A DNA stretch of 64,000 nt from contig CAXMOP010000060.1 of the NCBI GenBank assembly GCA_964195155.1, positions 9,860-73,859 of the forward strand, in the 5' to 3' direction. The notes under the pieces were generated by a model. That model saw nothing but the letters and a program-made list of their open reading frames with translations. It had not been told where the DNA came from and searched no databases. Positions 1-12,036 of this stretch are shown here, piece after piece; position 1 is the stretch's first letter, and each line of letters starts with the position of its first letter. The position numbers were made by a program, and so were the translations under genes. The stretch comes from an uncultured Kiloniellales bacterium. Its GTDB lineage: Bacteria; Actinomycetota; Acidimicrobiia; Spongiisociales; UBA5794.

Positions 1-311
1 TCGTCGGGGACCCAGCTGTCGACTTCGTCTTTGGCGTGGGCCACTCGATGCCAGTCTTCGAACTGCTCATCCCGGCTCTTGCCGGACGGCCGCTGGTTCC
101 GGCCTTGTGGGCGCTGCCAGCCCCACGGCGGCCGGCCGCCGGAGCTGCGGAAGAAGAGCCCGGCCAGGAGGCCGAAGATCACCAGGAAGAACAGCAACTT
201 GCCCACAAAGAACACGCCGCCGACCATCCAAGCGCCGGCCGATCCAAGACCGCCGGCCAACAGTGCGCCGATCCCGATCAGGCCGAGCGCCAACAGTGCA
301 AATCGCAACAT
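1..311 (-). CDS. hypothetical membrane protein (3' end runs off window)
   Basis: Not in ORF track; ATG at 311 with AAGGAG RBS; MLRFALLALGLIGIGALLAGGLG...VFFVGKLLFFLVIFGLLAGLFF... (two hydrophobic segments) then a charged tail FEDWHRVAH. Confidence 0.7.
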   Translation of the reverse strand, partial: MLRFALLALGLIGIGALLAGGLGSAGAWMVGGVFFVGKLLFFLVIFGLLAGLFFRSSGGRPPWGWQRPQGRNQRPSGKSRDEQFEDWHRVAHAKDEVDSWVPD

Positions 312-395
312 CGTCTTCTCCTTGTGTCGATGTCTGATCCCAGTGTGCGACGGGATTGTGAAGAGGATGTGAAGACGCCACGGAGACATCTGGCA

Positions 396-878
396 TCACG
401 CCGGCGCAGGCGTCGCTCCCTCGGCGAGCTTGAGGCGGGTCCACACGTTCATGTTGATGACGATCGCCGCGATCTCGACGACCTCGGCGTCGGTGAAGTG
501 CTCGACGAGCCCGTCGTGGGATCGCTGGAAGGAGTCGGCAACGGTCGTGTCGGCGATCCGGGTCAGCGTCTCGGCGTAATCGAGTGCAGCCTGCTCGGCC
601 GGGGTGAACAGCGCCGTCTCCCACCAGGCGCTCAGCGTGTCGATCTTCGCCCGCGCGATGTCGAGAGCGCGGGCCGCGTCGTAGTGCAAGTTCATGCAGT
701 ATGTGCAATTGTTGATCTGCGACACCCGAAGACGCAGCATCTGGGCCAGCCCGGCGTCGACGCTGAGCTCGGCGGTGTAGCCGAAGGCCGCGGCGAACTG
801 GCGCGAGATATCTAGCAGGGCCTCGTTGTCGGCGGAATCGAATCGACGGTTCTCGATGACGACCTTCTCGCTGCTCAC
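396..878 (-). CDS. carboxymuconolactone decarboxylase/AhpD family protein
   Basis: LRLRVSQINNCTYCMNLH and INMNVWTRL motifs; GTG at 878 with GGAGG RBS. Confidence 0.85.
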   Translation of the reverse strand: MSSEKVVIENRRFDSADNEALLDISRQFAAAFGYTAELSVDAGLAQMLRLRVSQINNCTYCMNLHYDAARALDIARAKIDTLSAWWETALFTPAEQAALDYAETLTRIADTTVADSFQRSHDGLVEHFTDAEVVEIAAIVINMNVWTRLKLAEGATPAPA

Positions 879-932
879 GATCAACCTCCGTAGGGTGGCG
901 CAGTCGAGTCTACGGCGAGGCGGAATGTCGGC

Positions 933-1283
933 ATGGCCCAGGAAACATCCGAGGTACTCGCCACCGGTGTCATCACGGGACCCGAGGCCCGAGGGAAGGT
1001 GATGATCAACCGGCGCCCCTCGGGCGAGGTGGTCGCACGCCTGTCCCAGCTGTGGGTCGCCCCCGGTGCTCCCGACGTTCGGGTCTATCTCTCCTCGAAT
1101 ACCGACGGCGACGTGACGGCTGGCGTGACCGTCGAGCTGGGCAAACTGACGTCGCTCAGCGGCGACTTCGCATTCGCCGTGCCCGGTGACGCCGAGCTCT
1201 CTTTGGCGCGTACCCTGGTCGTCTACTGCTCGGTGTATTCGGTGACCTTCGGCGTGGCCAGCCTCGAGCACCAGGCGGCTTGA
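933..1283 (+). CDS. DM13 domain protein
   Basis: PGAPDVRVYLS, ELGKL...GDFAFAVP, VVYCSVYSVTFGVASL match the DM13 pattern. Confidence 0.75.
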   Translation: MAQETSEVLATGVITGPEARGKVMINRRPSGEVVARLSQLWVAPGAPDVRVYLSSNTDGDVTAGVTVELGKLTSLSGDFAFAVPGDAELSLARTLVVYCSVYSVTFGVASLEHQAA

Positions 1284-1331
1284 AGGGAAACGTCGGCCGA
1301 CGATGCGATCGCTGTGCAGTCGGCAGGGCGT

Positions 1332-1499
1332 TTATGGGTTGAAGTAGTCCTCGTTCTCGAAGTCCTGCTGCAGATCCTCGGTGAAGTCCTTGCCCGGTGG
1401 ATCCTGAGCGATACAGCCGGTCGACACCGCGAGTGCGATCAATGCGGCGGCCACCAATCGCCGTACGCCGGCGAGCTTCGACCCGAGCTGCTTCCTCAT
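1332..1499 (-). CDS. small putative lipoprotein
   Basis: MRKQ...RRLVAAALIALAVSTGC signal/lipobox-like segment with a short acidic tail. Confidence 0.45.
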   Translation of the reverse strand: MRKQLGSKLAGVRRLVAAALIALAVSTGCIAQDPPGKDFTEDLQQDFENEDYFNP

Positions 1500-1600
1500 G
1501 GAGTAGGTATCGGCCGAACTCCAATCTCGTTGAGTGCTCCCGCTGCCAAATCGCTTCAGCGCAGAGAACGGGCCATTCGACACCAGGCAAGCCTATTCAC

Positions 1601-1630
1601 GTGGCACAAAGCGTGGTACTCTTATGCCAT
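1601..1630 (+). promoter_or_regulatory. vapBC promoter/operator (leaderless)
   Basis: TGGCA...TGCCA inverted repeat around a TACTCT -10 (1617-1622), 6 nt before the ATG at 1629. Confidence 0.5.
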
Positions 1631-1874
1631 GAAATCTACCATAGATCGGGCAGGGCGGGTCGTGATCCCTCGCCCTCTTCGAGAAGAGCTCGGATGGCTT
1701 GGCGGTGAAGAGATCGAAATCGAGGTGGTAGATGGGACGGTCTCGATCAGCCCGGTGACCATGAAGATGACCTTGACCGAGACCGACGATGGGGTGGTCG
1801 CGGTACCCGAAGCCGAGCTACCGCCGCTCACGGAAGATGTGGTGCGCAAGACTCGAGACTCGGTTCGCAGATGA
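1629..1874 (+). CDS. vapB: AbrB/MazE/SpoVT-family antitoxin (VapB)
   Basis: MKSTIDRAGRVVIPRPLREELG motif; ATGA overlap with the PIN gene. Confidence 0.88.
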   Translation: MKSTIDRAGRVVIPRPLREELGWLGGEEIEIEVVDGTVSISPVTMKMTLTETDDGVVAVPEAELPPLTEDVVRKTRDSVRR

Positions 1875-2278
1875 TCGCTGTTGACACCAGCGTCATCGTC
1901 GCCGGCTTCGCCAGTTGGCACGATCAGCATCTCCCGGCGCTGAAAGCGCTCGGCGCCGATCGACTCGTGCCCGGTCACGTCTTACTCGAGACCTATTCGG
2001 TCCTCACTCGACTTCCGTCTCCGCACCGGGTGCCGAGCGGCATCGCGATGACCTATCTGGAGATGATGTTTCCCAAGAACCACATCATCCTTCCTTCGCC
2101 CGACACGGTCGCCGCCCTCCCCCGTTTGTGCCATGAGGCGGGACTCTTCGGGGGGGCGACCTACGACGCGGTCGTCGGGGTGACGTGTCTCGAGCACAAC
2201 GCCGAATTGGTCACGCTCGACCGACGCGCTCTGCGGAATCATCAGGCGCTTGGAGTCACCGCCCGTCTCGCCGCCTGA
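1871..2278 (+). CDS. vapC: PIN-domain toxin VapC
   Basis: IAVDTSVIVA, ETYSVLTRLP, YDAVVG, LVTLDRR acidic PIN residues. Confidence 0.9.
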   Translation: MIAVDTSVIVAGFASWHDQHLPALKALGADRLVPGHVLLETYSVLTRLPSPHRVPSGIAMTYLEMMFPKNHIILPSPDTVAALPRLCHEAGLFGGATYDAVVGVTCLEHNAELVTLDRRALRNHQALGVTARLAA

Positions 2279-2301
2279 CGGCGGAGTCGGCGCGCAAATA
2301 G

Positions 2302-3348
2302 TCAGCCGCCGACCAGCGCGGCGACCCGATCTCCCACCTGGGATGTGGTGATCCCCATCTCGCCGGCTCTGAGTGAAGGAAGGGACCCGGCGACCTCGGC
2401 AACGGCACCTTCCACCGCCTCCCCGGCGCCGGCGGCACCGAGCTCGTTCAACAACATGGAGGCGGCGCCGATGGCGGCAAGAGGGTTGATCTGACCGGTC
2501 CCCTCGAAACCCGGTGCGGTACCACCGATCGGCTCGAACATGGAGACCCCGTCGGGGTTGATGTTGCCCCCCGACGCGATGCCAAGGCCGCCCTGGATGG
2601 CAGCACCGAGATCGGTGATAATGTCGCCAAACATGTTGTCCGTGACGATGACATCGAAGCGTCCGGGATCTTCGACCAGCCACAGGCAGGCGGCGTCGAC
2701 GTGGGCGTAGTCGAGACGCACCGCCGGGTACTCGGCGGCGATCTCGTCGGTGACTCGCTCCCACAGCCCCCATGCGTAGGTGAGCACGTTGGTCTTGCCA
2801 ATCAGGGTGAGACTTTGCCGCGGGCGGCGCTGTGCAAGCTCGAATGCGTAGCGGACGCAGCGCTCGATGGCGGGGCGGGTGTTGACGGACTCCTGGATCG
2901 CCACCTCGTTCGGTGTGCCCGCCGCTTCGGTGCGACCCGACCCGGCGTAGAGGCCTTCCGAGTTCTCCCTCACCACCACGATGTCCACGTCCCGCGGCCC
3001 CAATCCCGCCACCGGGCTTGTCACCCCCGGATACAGCTTGATCGGCCGCAGGTTGATGTACTGGTTGAGCTCGCCCCTGATCCGCAGCAGCACCCCCCGC
3101 TCCAGCACGCCGGGAGCCACATCCGGGTGACCAATGGCGCCGAACAGGATGGCGTCGACCGCGTTGAGTTGCTCCAGGTCCTCATCGGTCAAGACCTCGC
3201 CGGTACGCAGGTACCGGGAACCGCTCAGGTCCATCGGGACATAGTCGACGTCGAGCCCGAACCGGCCCGCCGCCGCATCAAGCACCTTCTGTGCCTCGGC
3301 GACGACCTCCGGGCCGGTCCCGTCTCCGCCGACCACGGCAAGCTTCAT
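2302..3348 (-). CDS. leuB: 3-isopropylmalate dehydrogenase
   Basis: [31 protein letters not shown]; directly downstream of leuA. Confidence 0.93.
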   Translation of the reverse strand: MKLAVVGGDGTGPEVVAEAQKVLDAAAGRFGLDVDYVPMDLSGSRYLRTGEVLTDEDLEQLNAVDAILFGAIGHPDVAPGVLERGVLLRIRGELNQYINLRPIKLYPGVTSPVAGLGPRDVDIVVVRENSEGLYAGSGRTEAAGTPNEVAIQESVNTRPAIERCVRYAFELAQRRPRQSLTLIGKTNVLTYAWGLWERVTDEIAAEYPAVRLDYAHVDAACLWLVEDPGRFDVIVTDNMFGDIITDLGAAIQGGLGIASGGNINPDGVSMFEPIGGTAPGFEGTGQINPLAAIGAASMLLNELGAAGAGEAVEGAVAEVAGSLPSLRAGEMGITTSQVGDRVAALVGG

Positions 3349-4886
3349 TTGGATGCTGCTGCGGCCACTTCCTTGGCGACGCTGGCAGCAGCCGCCCGGT
3401 TGAGGGCCGCCATGAACGCCCTCGCCGACCCTTCGACCACGTCCGTCGAGACTCCAACGCCGCTGTAGACGCCGCCGCTGATCCGGATGGTGACCTCGAT
3501 CTCGGCGATCGCATCCGAACCCGCCGTCAACGGACGCACGTTGTAGCCGAGCAGCGTGGCGTCTACGCCGAACGCCGCGGTGGACGCTTCGAAGATGGCG
3601 TCGATCATGCCGTCGCCCTCGGTGTCGTACTCGAACTGCATGCCGCGCGATTGCACCTGCATCTTCGCCCGCGGCGTCATTGCCGTGCCACCGGACACCT
3701 GGACACCGAGCAGCTCGATCAGGTCCTCTGCGGTGGACTGCTCGTCGACGATGGCCCGCAGGTCACGGTCGGTGAACTCCACCTTGAGGTCGGCGAGTTG
3801 CTTGAAGCGGACGAAGGCGTCCTCGAGTGCATCGCCGTCCACCGCGACACCGATCTTCTCCAAGGCGGCGCGGAAGGCGGCCCGGCCCGAGTGTTTGCCC
3901 AGAGCGAGCACCGTGCCGGCCTGGCCGACCCCCTCGGGCTCCATGATCTCGTAGGTGGTTCGATCGCGCAGCATGCCGTGCTGATGGATTCCCGACTCGT
4001 GGGCGAAGGCGTTGCGCCCGACTACCGCCTTGTTGAACTGGACCGGGTAGCCGGTGAGCTCCGCCACCAGTTGCGACGTCGGGTACAGCTCGGCGGTATG
4101 GACCCCCGTCGTCACGGAGTATGCGTCGGATCGGACCTCGAGCGCCATCACGATCTCCTCGATCGAGGTGTTACCGGCCCGCTCCCCGATCCCGTTGATG
4201 GCACCCTCCACCTGGCGAGCCCCGTTTTCAACCGCAGCCAGCGCGTTGGCCACGGCCAGCCCGAGGTCGTTGTGGCAATGCGAGGAGATCACGACGTCGT
4301 CGCGATCGCCCTTGACCTCGGCCACCACCCTGGCGATGAGCTCCCCGTAGTCGCCGGGCGTGGCATAGCCGACGGTGTCGGGGATGTTGATCGTCGTCGC
4401 CCCTGCCTCCACGGCGGCATTGCACACCTCGATCATGAAATCGGGATCAGACCGAGTGCCGTCCTCTGGAGAGAATTCGACATCACGGCACAGGCCCCTG
4501 GCCAAGGTCACCGCGGTAATCACTGCTTCCTTGACCTCGGCGGGCTCCATCCGCAGCTTGTGCTCCATATGGATCGGGGAGGTGGCGATGAACACATGGA
4601 TTCGGGGACGCGTGGCGTCCTCCACCGCCTTCCATGCCGCCTCGACGTCGGTGGCGTTGGCCCTCGCCAACGCTGCGATCACCGGTCCCTCGACCTCTCG
4701 GGCTACCGCCTGGACGGCGGCGAAGTCGCCGTCCGAAGCCGCGGGAAACCCGGCCTCGATCACATCGACGCCGAGCCGGGCGAGCTGGCCGGCGATTTCG
4801 AGCTTCTCCTCGGTGTTGAGGGCGATGCCGGGGGATTGTTCCCCGTCGCGCAGGGTGGTGTCGAAAATTGTTACTCGCTCGGTCAT
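3345..4886 (-). CDS. leuA: 2-isopropylmalate synthase
   Basis: [42 protein letters not shown]; C-terminal regulatory domain. Confidence 0.96.
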   Translation of the reverse strand: MTERVTIFDTTLRDGEQSPGIALNTEEKLEIAGQLARLGVDVIEAGFPAASDGDFAAVQAVAREVEGPVIAALARANATDVEAAWKAVEDATRPRIHVFIATSPIHMEHKLRMEPAEVKEAVITAVTLARGLCRDVEFSPEDGTRSDPDFMIEVCNAAVEAGATTINIPDTVGYATPGDYGELIARVVAEVKGDRDDVVISSHCHNDLGLAVANALAAVENGARQVEGAINGIGERAGNTSIEEIVMALEVRSDAYSVTTGVHTAELYPTSQLVAELTGYPVQFNKAVVGRNAFAHESGIHQHGMLRDRTTYEIMEPEGVGQAGTVLALGKHSGRAAFRAALEKIGVAVDGDALEDAFVRFKQLADLKVEFTDRDLRAIVDEQSTAEDLIELLGVQVSGGTAMTPRAKMQVQSRGMQFEYDTEGDGMIDAIFEASTAAFGVDATLLGYNVRPLTAGSDAIAEIEVTIRISGGVYSGVGVSTDVVEGSARAFMAALNRAAAASVAKEVAAAASK

Positions 4887-4936
4887 GGGCTCACTTCCTT
4901 GGTGTCGATGATGCTGGCTTGGTGCGGGAGGCCGGG

Positions 4937-5016
4937 TCAGCGGTGCTGGCTGCCCGGCCGCGTAAGCGCCAGCAATCCGGCGCCGGTCGGTGTGCGTTCG
5001 AAGGAAGTGGGACGCC

Positions 5017-5020
<4 letters not shown>
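4937..5020 (-). promoter_or_regulatory. putative Leu-responsive leader peptide (LEU-element-like) of leuA
   Basis: [27 protein letters not shown]; ATG overlaps the ilvC stop (ATGA); Leu codons TTG CTG GCG CTT; stem GGCCGGG-CAGC..GCTG-A-CCCGGCC over the stop. Confidence 0.6.
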
Positions 5021-6024
<1,004 letters not shown>

Positions 6025-6034
6025 GGGGCTCCTC

Positions 6035-6532
6035 TCATCTCGCGGCGCGCGCCGCGGCACGTGTGCGTTCTTTCGCAATGGCGACCCGGCCGGACTTGAC
6101 CAGCTCGACGATGCCGAAGGGCTGCATCACCTCAAGGAACGTGGCGAGCTTGGCCGGGTCACCCGCGACCTGGAAGGTGACCGAGGTCGGCCCGAGGTCC
6201 AACAGGGTGGCCTCGAGCATCGACGCCGTCTCCACCACGGTTCCCCTCGTGTCCGGGCTTGCGGCGACCCGCACCAGCATGATCTCGCTTTCCACACCCT
6301 CATCAGGCGCAAGCTCGGTGACCTTGAGGACGTTGACCAGCTTGTACAGCTGCTTGGAAAGCTGCTCGACGTCGGGGGCATCGACAACGAGCGTGATCCG
6401 CGACCGGCCCTCCTCGTGGGTCGGGCCAACCGCAAGCGAGTGGATGTTGAAGGCGCGCTGGGCGAACATCGACGCCACCCGCGCCAGGACACCGGACTGG
6501 TCTTCGACAATGACCGAGAGCGTGTGGCGCAT
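6035..6532 (-). CDS. ilvN: acetolactate synthase small subunit
   Basis: [32 protein letters not shown] domain; start overlaps the ilvB stop. Confidence 0.95.
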   Translation of the reverse strand: MRHTLSVIVEDQSGVLARVASMFAQRAFNIHSLAVGPTHEEGRSRITLVVDAPDVEQLSKQLYKLVNVLKVTELAPDEGVESEIMLVRVAASPDTRGTVVETASMLEATLLDLGPTSVTFQVAGDPAKLATFLEVMQPFGIVELVKSGRVAIAKERTRAAARAAR

Positions 6533-8253
6533 CAGAGATCCTCCGCGGCCATCACGACCTGGTCGCACGACCCTCCCGCGACCACCATGGGAAAGACCAT
6601 CTCGTCGGGGTCGACCACGACCTCGATCACCACGGGGCGATCGTTGATCGCCAATGCCTTGTCGATGACCGGCCCAACCTCATCCGGCCTCTCGACGCGC
6701 AGGCCCACGCAACCCATGGCCTCGGCCAGGGCCGGGTAGTCGGGGGCGATGTCGCCCAGGTCGCTTCCCGAAAACCGTCCCCCATAGAAGAGCCGCTGCC
6801 ATTGGCGGACCATTCCGTGGCCGTGATTGTTGAACACGGCGATCTTGATCGGGACTCCCTCGGTCGCTGCGGTGATCAGCTCCTGACAGGTCATCTGGAA
6901 GCACCCGTCGCCATCGAGAGCGAAGACGAGCTCGTCCGGTCGTGCCACCTTGGCCCCGATCGCGGCGGGGATGGCAAACCCCATGGTCCCCAATCCACCC
7001 GAGTTGATCCACGATCGGGGTTTGCTGAACCGCCAGAACTGCGACACCCACATCTGGTGCTGGCCAACCCCGGCAACCACCACCGCCTCTCCCCCGGTGG
7101 CGTCCTGGAGCTGGTCGACGAAGTACTGCACCTTGATCGGCCCGTCGGGGTCCTGGTCGTACTCCAACGGATACCGCTCCTGCCAGCCGGCCAATGTCTC
7201 GAACCAATCGGTGCGAGCGGGAGCCGCCTCATCTCCACGGACCTTCTCGAGATTTCTGAGCAGCTGTTTGAGCACCACCCTGGCGTCGCCGACGATCGGG
7301 ACCTCGGCGTGGCGAACCTTGCCGATCTCGGCAGGGTCGATGTCGATGTGGACCACCCTTGCGCTTGGGGCGAAGGTGGCGGGGTCGCCGGTGACCCGGT
7401 CGTCGAAGCGGGCACCGATGTTGAACAACACGTCAGATTTCTGCAATGCGGTGGTGGCGGTGTAGCTGCCGTGCATGCCGGACATGCCGAGGGCAAGGCG
7501 GTGCTCGTCGGGAAAGGCACCCCTCGCCATCAGCGTGGTGACTACCGGGGCGTCGGCGGCCTCGGCGAAGGCGAGCAGCTCGCGGTGCCCGCCGGCCTTG
7601 ATCACTCCCCCGCCGACGAAGAGCACGGGGCGCTCGGCCTGTTCAAGCAGCTCGATGGCGGCTCGCACCTGCCTGCCGTTGCCCTCGGTGGTCGGGTTGT
7701 ACCCGTCCATCACGACGGGCTGCTGGTCGCGGAGCTCGGTCATCCCGTTGAGGACGTCCTTTGGCAGGTCGACCAGCACCGGGCCCGGGCGGCCGGTTCC
7801 CGCCAAATGAAACGCCTCGTGGATTACCGGGCCGATGTCGTCCGGGTCGGTGACCAGATACGAATGCTTGGTGCAGTGCATCGCAAGGCCGGTCGTGTAG
7901 GCCTCCTGGAAAGCGTCGGTTCCCATCGACCCCGAGGGCACTTGTCCGGTGATGGCCACGATCGGCGTCGAGTCCATCAGCGCGTTCTGCAGCGGCGTGA
8001 TCAGGTTGGTCGCTCCCGGGCCTGAGGTCGCGATCACGACCCCAACCCGACCGGTAGCCTGGGCGTAGCCCTCGGCCATATGGCCGGCACCTTGCTCGTG
8101 CCTGGCCAGGATGTGGCGCATCGACCCGTCGATCAGCGGGTCGTAGGCAGGGAGAATGGCGCCGCCGGGTACTCCGAAGACGACCTCGACGCCCTCGCGC
8201 TCGAGCGCCGCGATAAGCGCCTGTGCCCCGCTGATGTGGTTGTCGTTGGTCAT
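6532..8253 (-). CDS. ilvB: acetolactate synthase large subunit
   Basis: RHEQGAGHMAEGYA, TSGPGATN, GGLGTMG, GDGCFQM ThDP motif. Confidence 0.97.
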   Translation of the reverse strand: MTNDNHISGAQALIAALEREGVEVVFGVPGGAILPAYDPLIDGSMRHILARHEQGAGHMAEGYAQATGRVGVVIATSGPGATNLITPLQNALMDSTPIVAITGQVPSGSMGTDAFQEAYTTGLAMHCTKHSYLVTDPDDIGPVIHEAFHLAGTGRPGPVLVDLPKDVLNGMTELRDQQPVVMDGYNPTTEGNGRQVRAAIELLEQAERPVLFVGGGVIKAGGHRELLAFAEAADAPVVTTLMARGAFPDEHRLALGMSGMHGSYTATTALQKSDVLFNIGARFDDRVTGDPATFAPSARVVHIDIDPAEIGKVRHAEVPIVGDARVVLKQLLRNLEKVRGDEAAPARTDWFETLAGWQERYPLEYDQDPDGPIKVQYFVDQLQDATGGEAVVVAGVGQHQMWVSQFWRFSKPRSWINSGGLGTMGFAIPAAIGAKVARPDELVFALDGDGCFQMTCQELITAATEGVPIKIAVFNNHGHGMVRQWQRLFYGGRFSGSDLGDIAPDYPALAEAMGCVGLRVERPDEVGPVIDKALAINDRPVVIEVVVDPDEMVFPMVVAGGSCDQVVMAAEDL

Positions 8254-8275
8254 GTGGGCCTCGGTCGTAATCGAG

Positions 8276-8302
8276 AAAACCCTCCGGCCGGAGCGGGAGG
8301 GT
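8276..8302 (-). terminator. attenuator terminator of the ilvB leader
   Basis: ACCCTCC-loop-GGAGGGT followed by TTT, between the leader ORF and ilvB. Confidence 0.7.
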
Positions 8303-8329
8303 CAAGGCGCACGCGTCGAAACGCGTGCG

Positions 8330-8371
8330 CTACATGATAAGAAGTACGGTGTTCAGATTGTTATTGGTCAT
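8330..8371 (-). promoter_or_regulatory. ilvB operon leader peptide MTNNNLNTVLLIM
   Basis: Val-Leu-Leu-Ile run just before the stop; perfect hairpin 8307-8330; promoter TTGACA(8407-8412)-N17-AATACT(8384-8389). Confidence 0.8.
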
Positions 8372-8468
8372 GTGAGCTCTGGCAGTATTGCTTTTGGCTT
8401 CTTGCGTGTCAATATCCATCGACCATAGCGCTCCGATTCCTTTAGCCGACAGATAGGATCCGATCCAC

Positions 8469-10181
8469 GTGGTGCACAAGATCAGATCCCAGGACGTGAC
8501 CGAAGGGCCGACCAAGGCCGGGTCGCGAGCCATGCTGCGGGCCGTCGGGCTCACCGACGCCGACTTCGCCAAACCGCAGGTCGGCGTCGTCTCAGCCGGC
8601 AACGAGGTGACCCCTTGCAATCTCAGCGGGCCGCGCCTGGCAAAGGCGGCCAAACGTGGCGTCAGCGCCACCGGCGGGGTCGGCCTCGAGTTCACCACGA
8701 TCGCCGTCTCCGACGGCATCTCGATGGGGCACGAAGGGATGCGGGCATCGCTGGTATCGCGCGAGGTCATCGCCGATTCGGTCGAGCTGGTGATGCACGC
8801 GGAGCGATTCGACGGCCTCGTCGCCGTGGCCGGCTGCGACAAATCGCTGCCCGGGATGCTGATGGCGGCGGCCCGCCTCGACCTCCCCGCCGTGTTCCTG
8901 TATGGAGGGACCAGCCTGCCGGGCCGGTGGCGCGGCCAAGACATCTCGATCGTCACGGTCTTCGAGGGAATCGGCTCATTCACCCAAGGCAACCTGAGCG
9001 AGGCGGATCTCGTCGATCTGGAGAAGTCGGCATGCCCAGGCGCAGGGTCATGCGCGGGCATGTTCACCGCCAACACGATGGCCGCCGTCGGTGAGGCTCT
9101 CGGGATGTCGCTGCCGGGCAGCGCCGCGGTCCCGGCGATCGACGACCGTCTCGACGAATACGCCGAGCAATCCGGCGAAGCGGTGATGCGCCTCATGGAG
9201 GCTGGCATTACCCCAAGGGACATCATGACCCACGGTGCCTTCGAGAATGCGATCAGCCTGGTGATGGCGCTTGGCGGGTCCACCAACGCCGTCCTCCATC
9301 TGCTTGCCATCGCCGCCGAGGCACGCGTCGAAATCGGCCTCGAGGACTTCGACCGCATCAGCCGACGCGTCCCCCACCTCAGTGATCTCAGCCCGTTCGG
9401 GCGCTACCACATGGTGGACCTCGACCGCATCGGCGGTGTGCCCGTGGTCATGGCCACCCTGCTCGAGGCCGGACTCCTCGACGGGGATGCGCTCACCGTC
9501 ACCGGAGCCACCGTCGCCGAAAACCTGCAGGGGGTCGTCCTGCCCTCCGATCAGGACGTGATCCGGCCGGTGTCGGAGCCGATGGCTCACGAGGGCGGCA
9601 TTGCCGTGCTGCGCGGCTCCCTGGTACCGGGAGGGGCGGTGCTCAAGATTGCCGGGATCGAAGAGGTCGTTTTCGAGGGCAGGGCCCGGGTGTTCGACGA
9701 CGAGCGGGATGCGCTCGAGGCTCTCTACAGGCACGACCTTCATCCGGGAGACGTTGTCGTGATCCGCTACGAGGGGCCAAACGGCGGTCCCGGCATGCGG
9801 GAGATGCTGGCGATTACCGCTGCGATCAAGGGGGCGGGACTCGGCAAGGACGTTGCGCTGATCACCGACGGGCGCTTCTCCGGGGGGACTACCGGCCTGT
9901 GCGTTGGACACGTTGCGCCGGAGGCGGCCCGCGGCGGCCCGATCGCTTTCGTCGCCGAAGGCGATCCGATACGGATCGACGTTCCCAATCGGCTCGCCGA
10001 TCTCCTCGTCGATGAATCCGAGCTCGAGACCCGTCGCCGCAAGTGGCAGCCGCCCGAGCCGCGGTATACGACCGGTGCCCTCGCCAAATACGCGGCGCTG
10101 GTCGGCTCTGCCGAGACCGGGGCGGTGTTGGCCGGCAGCACTGAGAGCGTGCCCCCGGTAGCGAGTCGCGAGCCCGACTGA
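8469..10181 (+). CDS. ilvD: dihydroxy-acid dehydratase
   Basis: [40 protein letters not shown]. Confidence 0.97.
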   Translation: MVHKIRSQDVTEGPTKAGSRAMLRAVGLTDADFAKPQVGVVSAGNEVTPCNLSGPRLAKAAKRGVSATGGVGLEFTTIAVSDGISMGHEGMRASLVSREVIADSVELVMHAERFDGLVAVAGCDKSLPGMLMAAARLDLPAVFLYGGTSLPGRWRGQDISIVTVFEGIGSFTQGNLSEADLVDLEKSACPGAGSCAGMFTANTMAAVGEALGMSLPGSAAVPAIDDRLDEYAEQSGEAVMRLMEAGITPRDIMTHGAFENAISLVMALGGSTNAVLHLLAIAAEARVEIGLEDFDRISRRVPHLSDLSPFGRYHMVDLDRIGGVPVVMATLLEAGLLDGDALTVTGATVAENLQGVVLPSDQDVIRPVSEPMAHEGGIAVLRGSLVPGGAVLKIAGIEEVVFEGRARVFDDERDALEALYRHDLHPGDVVVIRYEGPNGGPGMREMLAITAAIKGAGLGKDVALITDGRFSGGTTGLCVGHVAPEAARGGPIAFVAEGDPIRIDVPNRLADLLVDESELETRRRKWQPPEPRYTTGALAKYAALVGSAETGAVLAGSTESVPPVASREPD

Positions 10182-10248
10182 ATTGCTTTCGACTAGCTCT
10201 GTCGCGATCACGCAGTCAGGCGGCGAGCCGCCCAACAAACATGGCGCA

Positions 10249-10327
10249 GGCCGCTCGGGCCCCGGCTCAGCAATTGGCATCCGGTGTCGGCAGACACCGG
10301 ATCGCGCCAACTCGCAGAGCCCCCTAG
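10249..10327 (+). repeat. structured intergenic repeat, copy 1
   Basis: GGCCGCTCGGGCCCCGGCTC is identical to the reverse complement of 18574-18593; nested hairpin ending in CTAG. Confidence 0.7.
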
Positions 10328-11916
10328 CTCGCCGGCCGGTCGGGGATGGCCTCAACTCCTGCGTTGAGGAGCCCGACCACGATCCCGTCGTGGAGTGCCT
10401 GCCATGAGGCTTCGATAACGTTGTGGTGGATGCCGACCGACCCCCAATCCCGCTCGCCGTTCGTGGTCGTGATCAGGACCCGCACTCTGGCCGCGGTTCC
10501 ATCCGCGGAGTCGAGGTCACGCACCTTGTAATCGGTGAGGTGCACGCCCTCGAGCTCGGGATAGACCGGCTCGAGTGCGACCCGAAGCGCCTGGTCGAGG
10601 GCGTGCAGCGGGCCGTCACCGCCGCTCGAGACCTCGAGCTCCTCATCGCCGAGGCCGATCCGGAGCGTGGCTACGGCCGTTGGCTCGCCTCGCTCATCGC
10701 CGTGCAGGGTCACCACCCGTGACAGGACGGTGAAGAATCGCTGCTCCCATCCCATCGCATCGCGCACGAGCAGCTCGAATGACCCATCGGCGGCCTCGAA
10801 CTGGTAGCCGGCGTGCTCGAGCTCCTTGACCCGGTCGACCACGACCTGCGCCGTCTCGACATCGAGATCCCATCCTCGGTCGCCGGCCGCACTCAGCAAT
10901 GTGGAACGACCCATCAGCTCGCTGAAGAGCAGCTTCGGCGAGTTGCCAACCAGCTTCGGCTCGATGTGCTCGTAGGCACCGTCGAGGCGAGCCAGCCCGG
11001 AGGTGTGCAGCCCTGCCTTGTGGGCGAAGGCCGATGACCCCACGTAGGGATGGCGCGGGTCGATGGGCGAGTTCATCACCTCGGCGATCTCGTGTGCCAC
11101 CGGGTACAGCAGCTCGATATTCGCCGCGGGCACCGTTTCGCGGCCCAGTTTGAGCGAGAGGTTGGGGATCAGGGAACACAGATCGGCGTTGCCGGTGCGC
11201 TCGCCGTATCCGTTGACACACCCTTGCACCTGGAAGGCTCCAGCCCCAACCGCAGCCAGGGAGTTGGCGACGGCGCACCCACCGTCGTTGTGGAAATGCA
11301 CTCCGAGCGGGACCGCGAATTCGTCGAGGACGGCACCGACCACCTGCTCGGCCTCGGCCGGCAGCGTCCCGCCGTTGGTGTCACACAGGACAAGGCGCTC
11401 GGCACCGGCCTCCGCTGCCGCAGCGAGGATCGCGAGGGCGAAGTCGGGCTCATTGCGGTAGCCGTCGAAGAAATGCTCGGCGTCGAAGAAGACCCGTCGG
11501 CCCTGCCCGAGGAGATGTTCGATCGATTCGCGCACCATGGCGATTCCTTCTTCGCGAGATGCCCGCAGGGCGTGGGTGACGTGGCGAAGCCAGCTCTTGC
11601 CCACGATGCACACCACTTCGGTGCCGGCGTCGGCGAGGAGCCGCAGCTGCTCGTCATCCTCAGCAACGGCCCCGGGGCGGCGGGTCGACCCGAAGGCAAC
11701 GAGGGTCGCGCTTGCCAGATCGAGCTCATTACGGGCCCGGTCGAAGAACTCGTCGTCCTTCGGGTTGGCCCCCGGCCAGCCGCCCTCGATGAAGTGCACG
11801 CCAAGGCGATCCAGCAGGGCGGCCACCCGCAGCTTGTCACCGACCGTTGGTGAAAGCCCGGCCGCTTGCGTGCCGTCGCGCAGCGTGGTGTCGTAGATCT
11901 CGACGAGGTCTGACAT
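10324..11916 (-). CDS. cimA: citramalate synthase
   Basis: YDTTLRDGTQ, EGGWPGANPKD, FFDAEHFFDG, AFAHKAGLH typical of bacterial CimA; a true leuA is present separately. Confidence 0.88.
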   Translation of the reverse strand: MSDLVEIYDTTLRDGTQAAGLSPTVGDKLRVAALLDRLGVHFIEGGWPGANPKDDEFFDRARNELDLASATLVAFGSTRRPGAVAEDDEQLRLLADAGTEVVCIVGKSWLRHVTHALRASREEGIAMVRESIEHLLGQGRRVFFDAEHFFDGYRNEPDFALAILAAAAEAGAERLVLCDTNGGTLPAEAEQVVGAVLDEFAVPLGVHFHNDGGCAVANSLAAVGAGAFQVQGCVNGYGERTGNADLCSLIPNLSLKLGRETVPAANIELLYPVAHEIAEVMNSPIDPRHPYVGSSAFAHKAGLHTSGLARLDGAYEHIEPKLVGNSPKLLFSELMGRSTLLSAAGDRGWDLDVETAQVVVDRVKELEHAGYQFEAADGSFELLVRDAMGWEQRFFTVLSRVVTLHGDERGEPTAVATLRIGLGDEELEVSSGGDGPLHALDQALRVALEPVYPELEGVHLTDYKVRDLDSADGTAARVRVLITTTNGERDWGSVGIHHNVIEASWQALHDGIVVGLLNAGVEAIPDRPAS

Positions 11917-11936
11917 GGGTACTCCCTTGGGATACG

Positions 11937-11961
11937 AAAGACCTCCGCCGCAGCGGAGGTC
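11937..11961 (-). terminator. attenuator terminator of the cimA leader
   Basis: GACCTCCGC-TGCG-GCGGAGGTC-TTT, about 20 nt before the cimA ATG. Confidence 0.75.
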
Positions 11962-11994
11962 GAAGTCGGGGTTCCGGCTGGTGTCGCCGGCCCC

Positions 11995-12036
11995 TCAGCA
12001 GATAATGATCGTTGCTTGCAACGTGCTCTCGGTCAT
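11995..12036 (-). promoter_or_regulatory. Ile-rich leader peptide MTESTLQATIIIC of cimA
   Basis: ATC ATT ATC run; promoter TTGACG(12070-12075)-N17-CATACT(12047-12052); terminator downstream. Confidence 0.8.
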
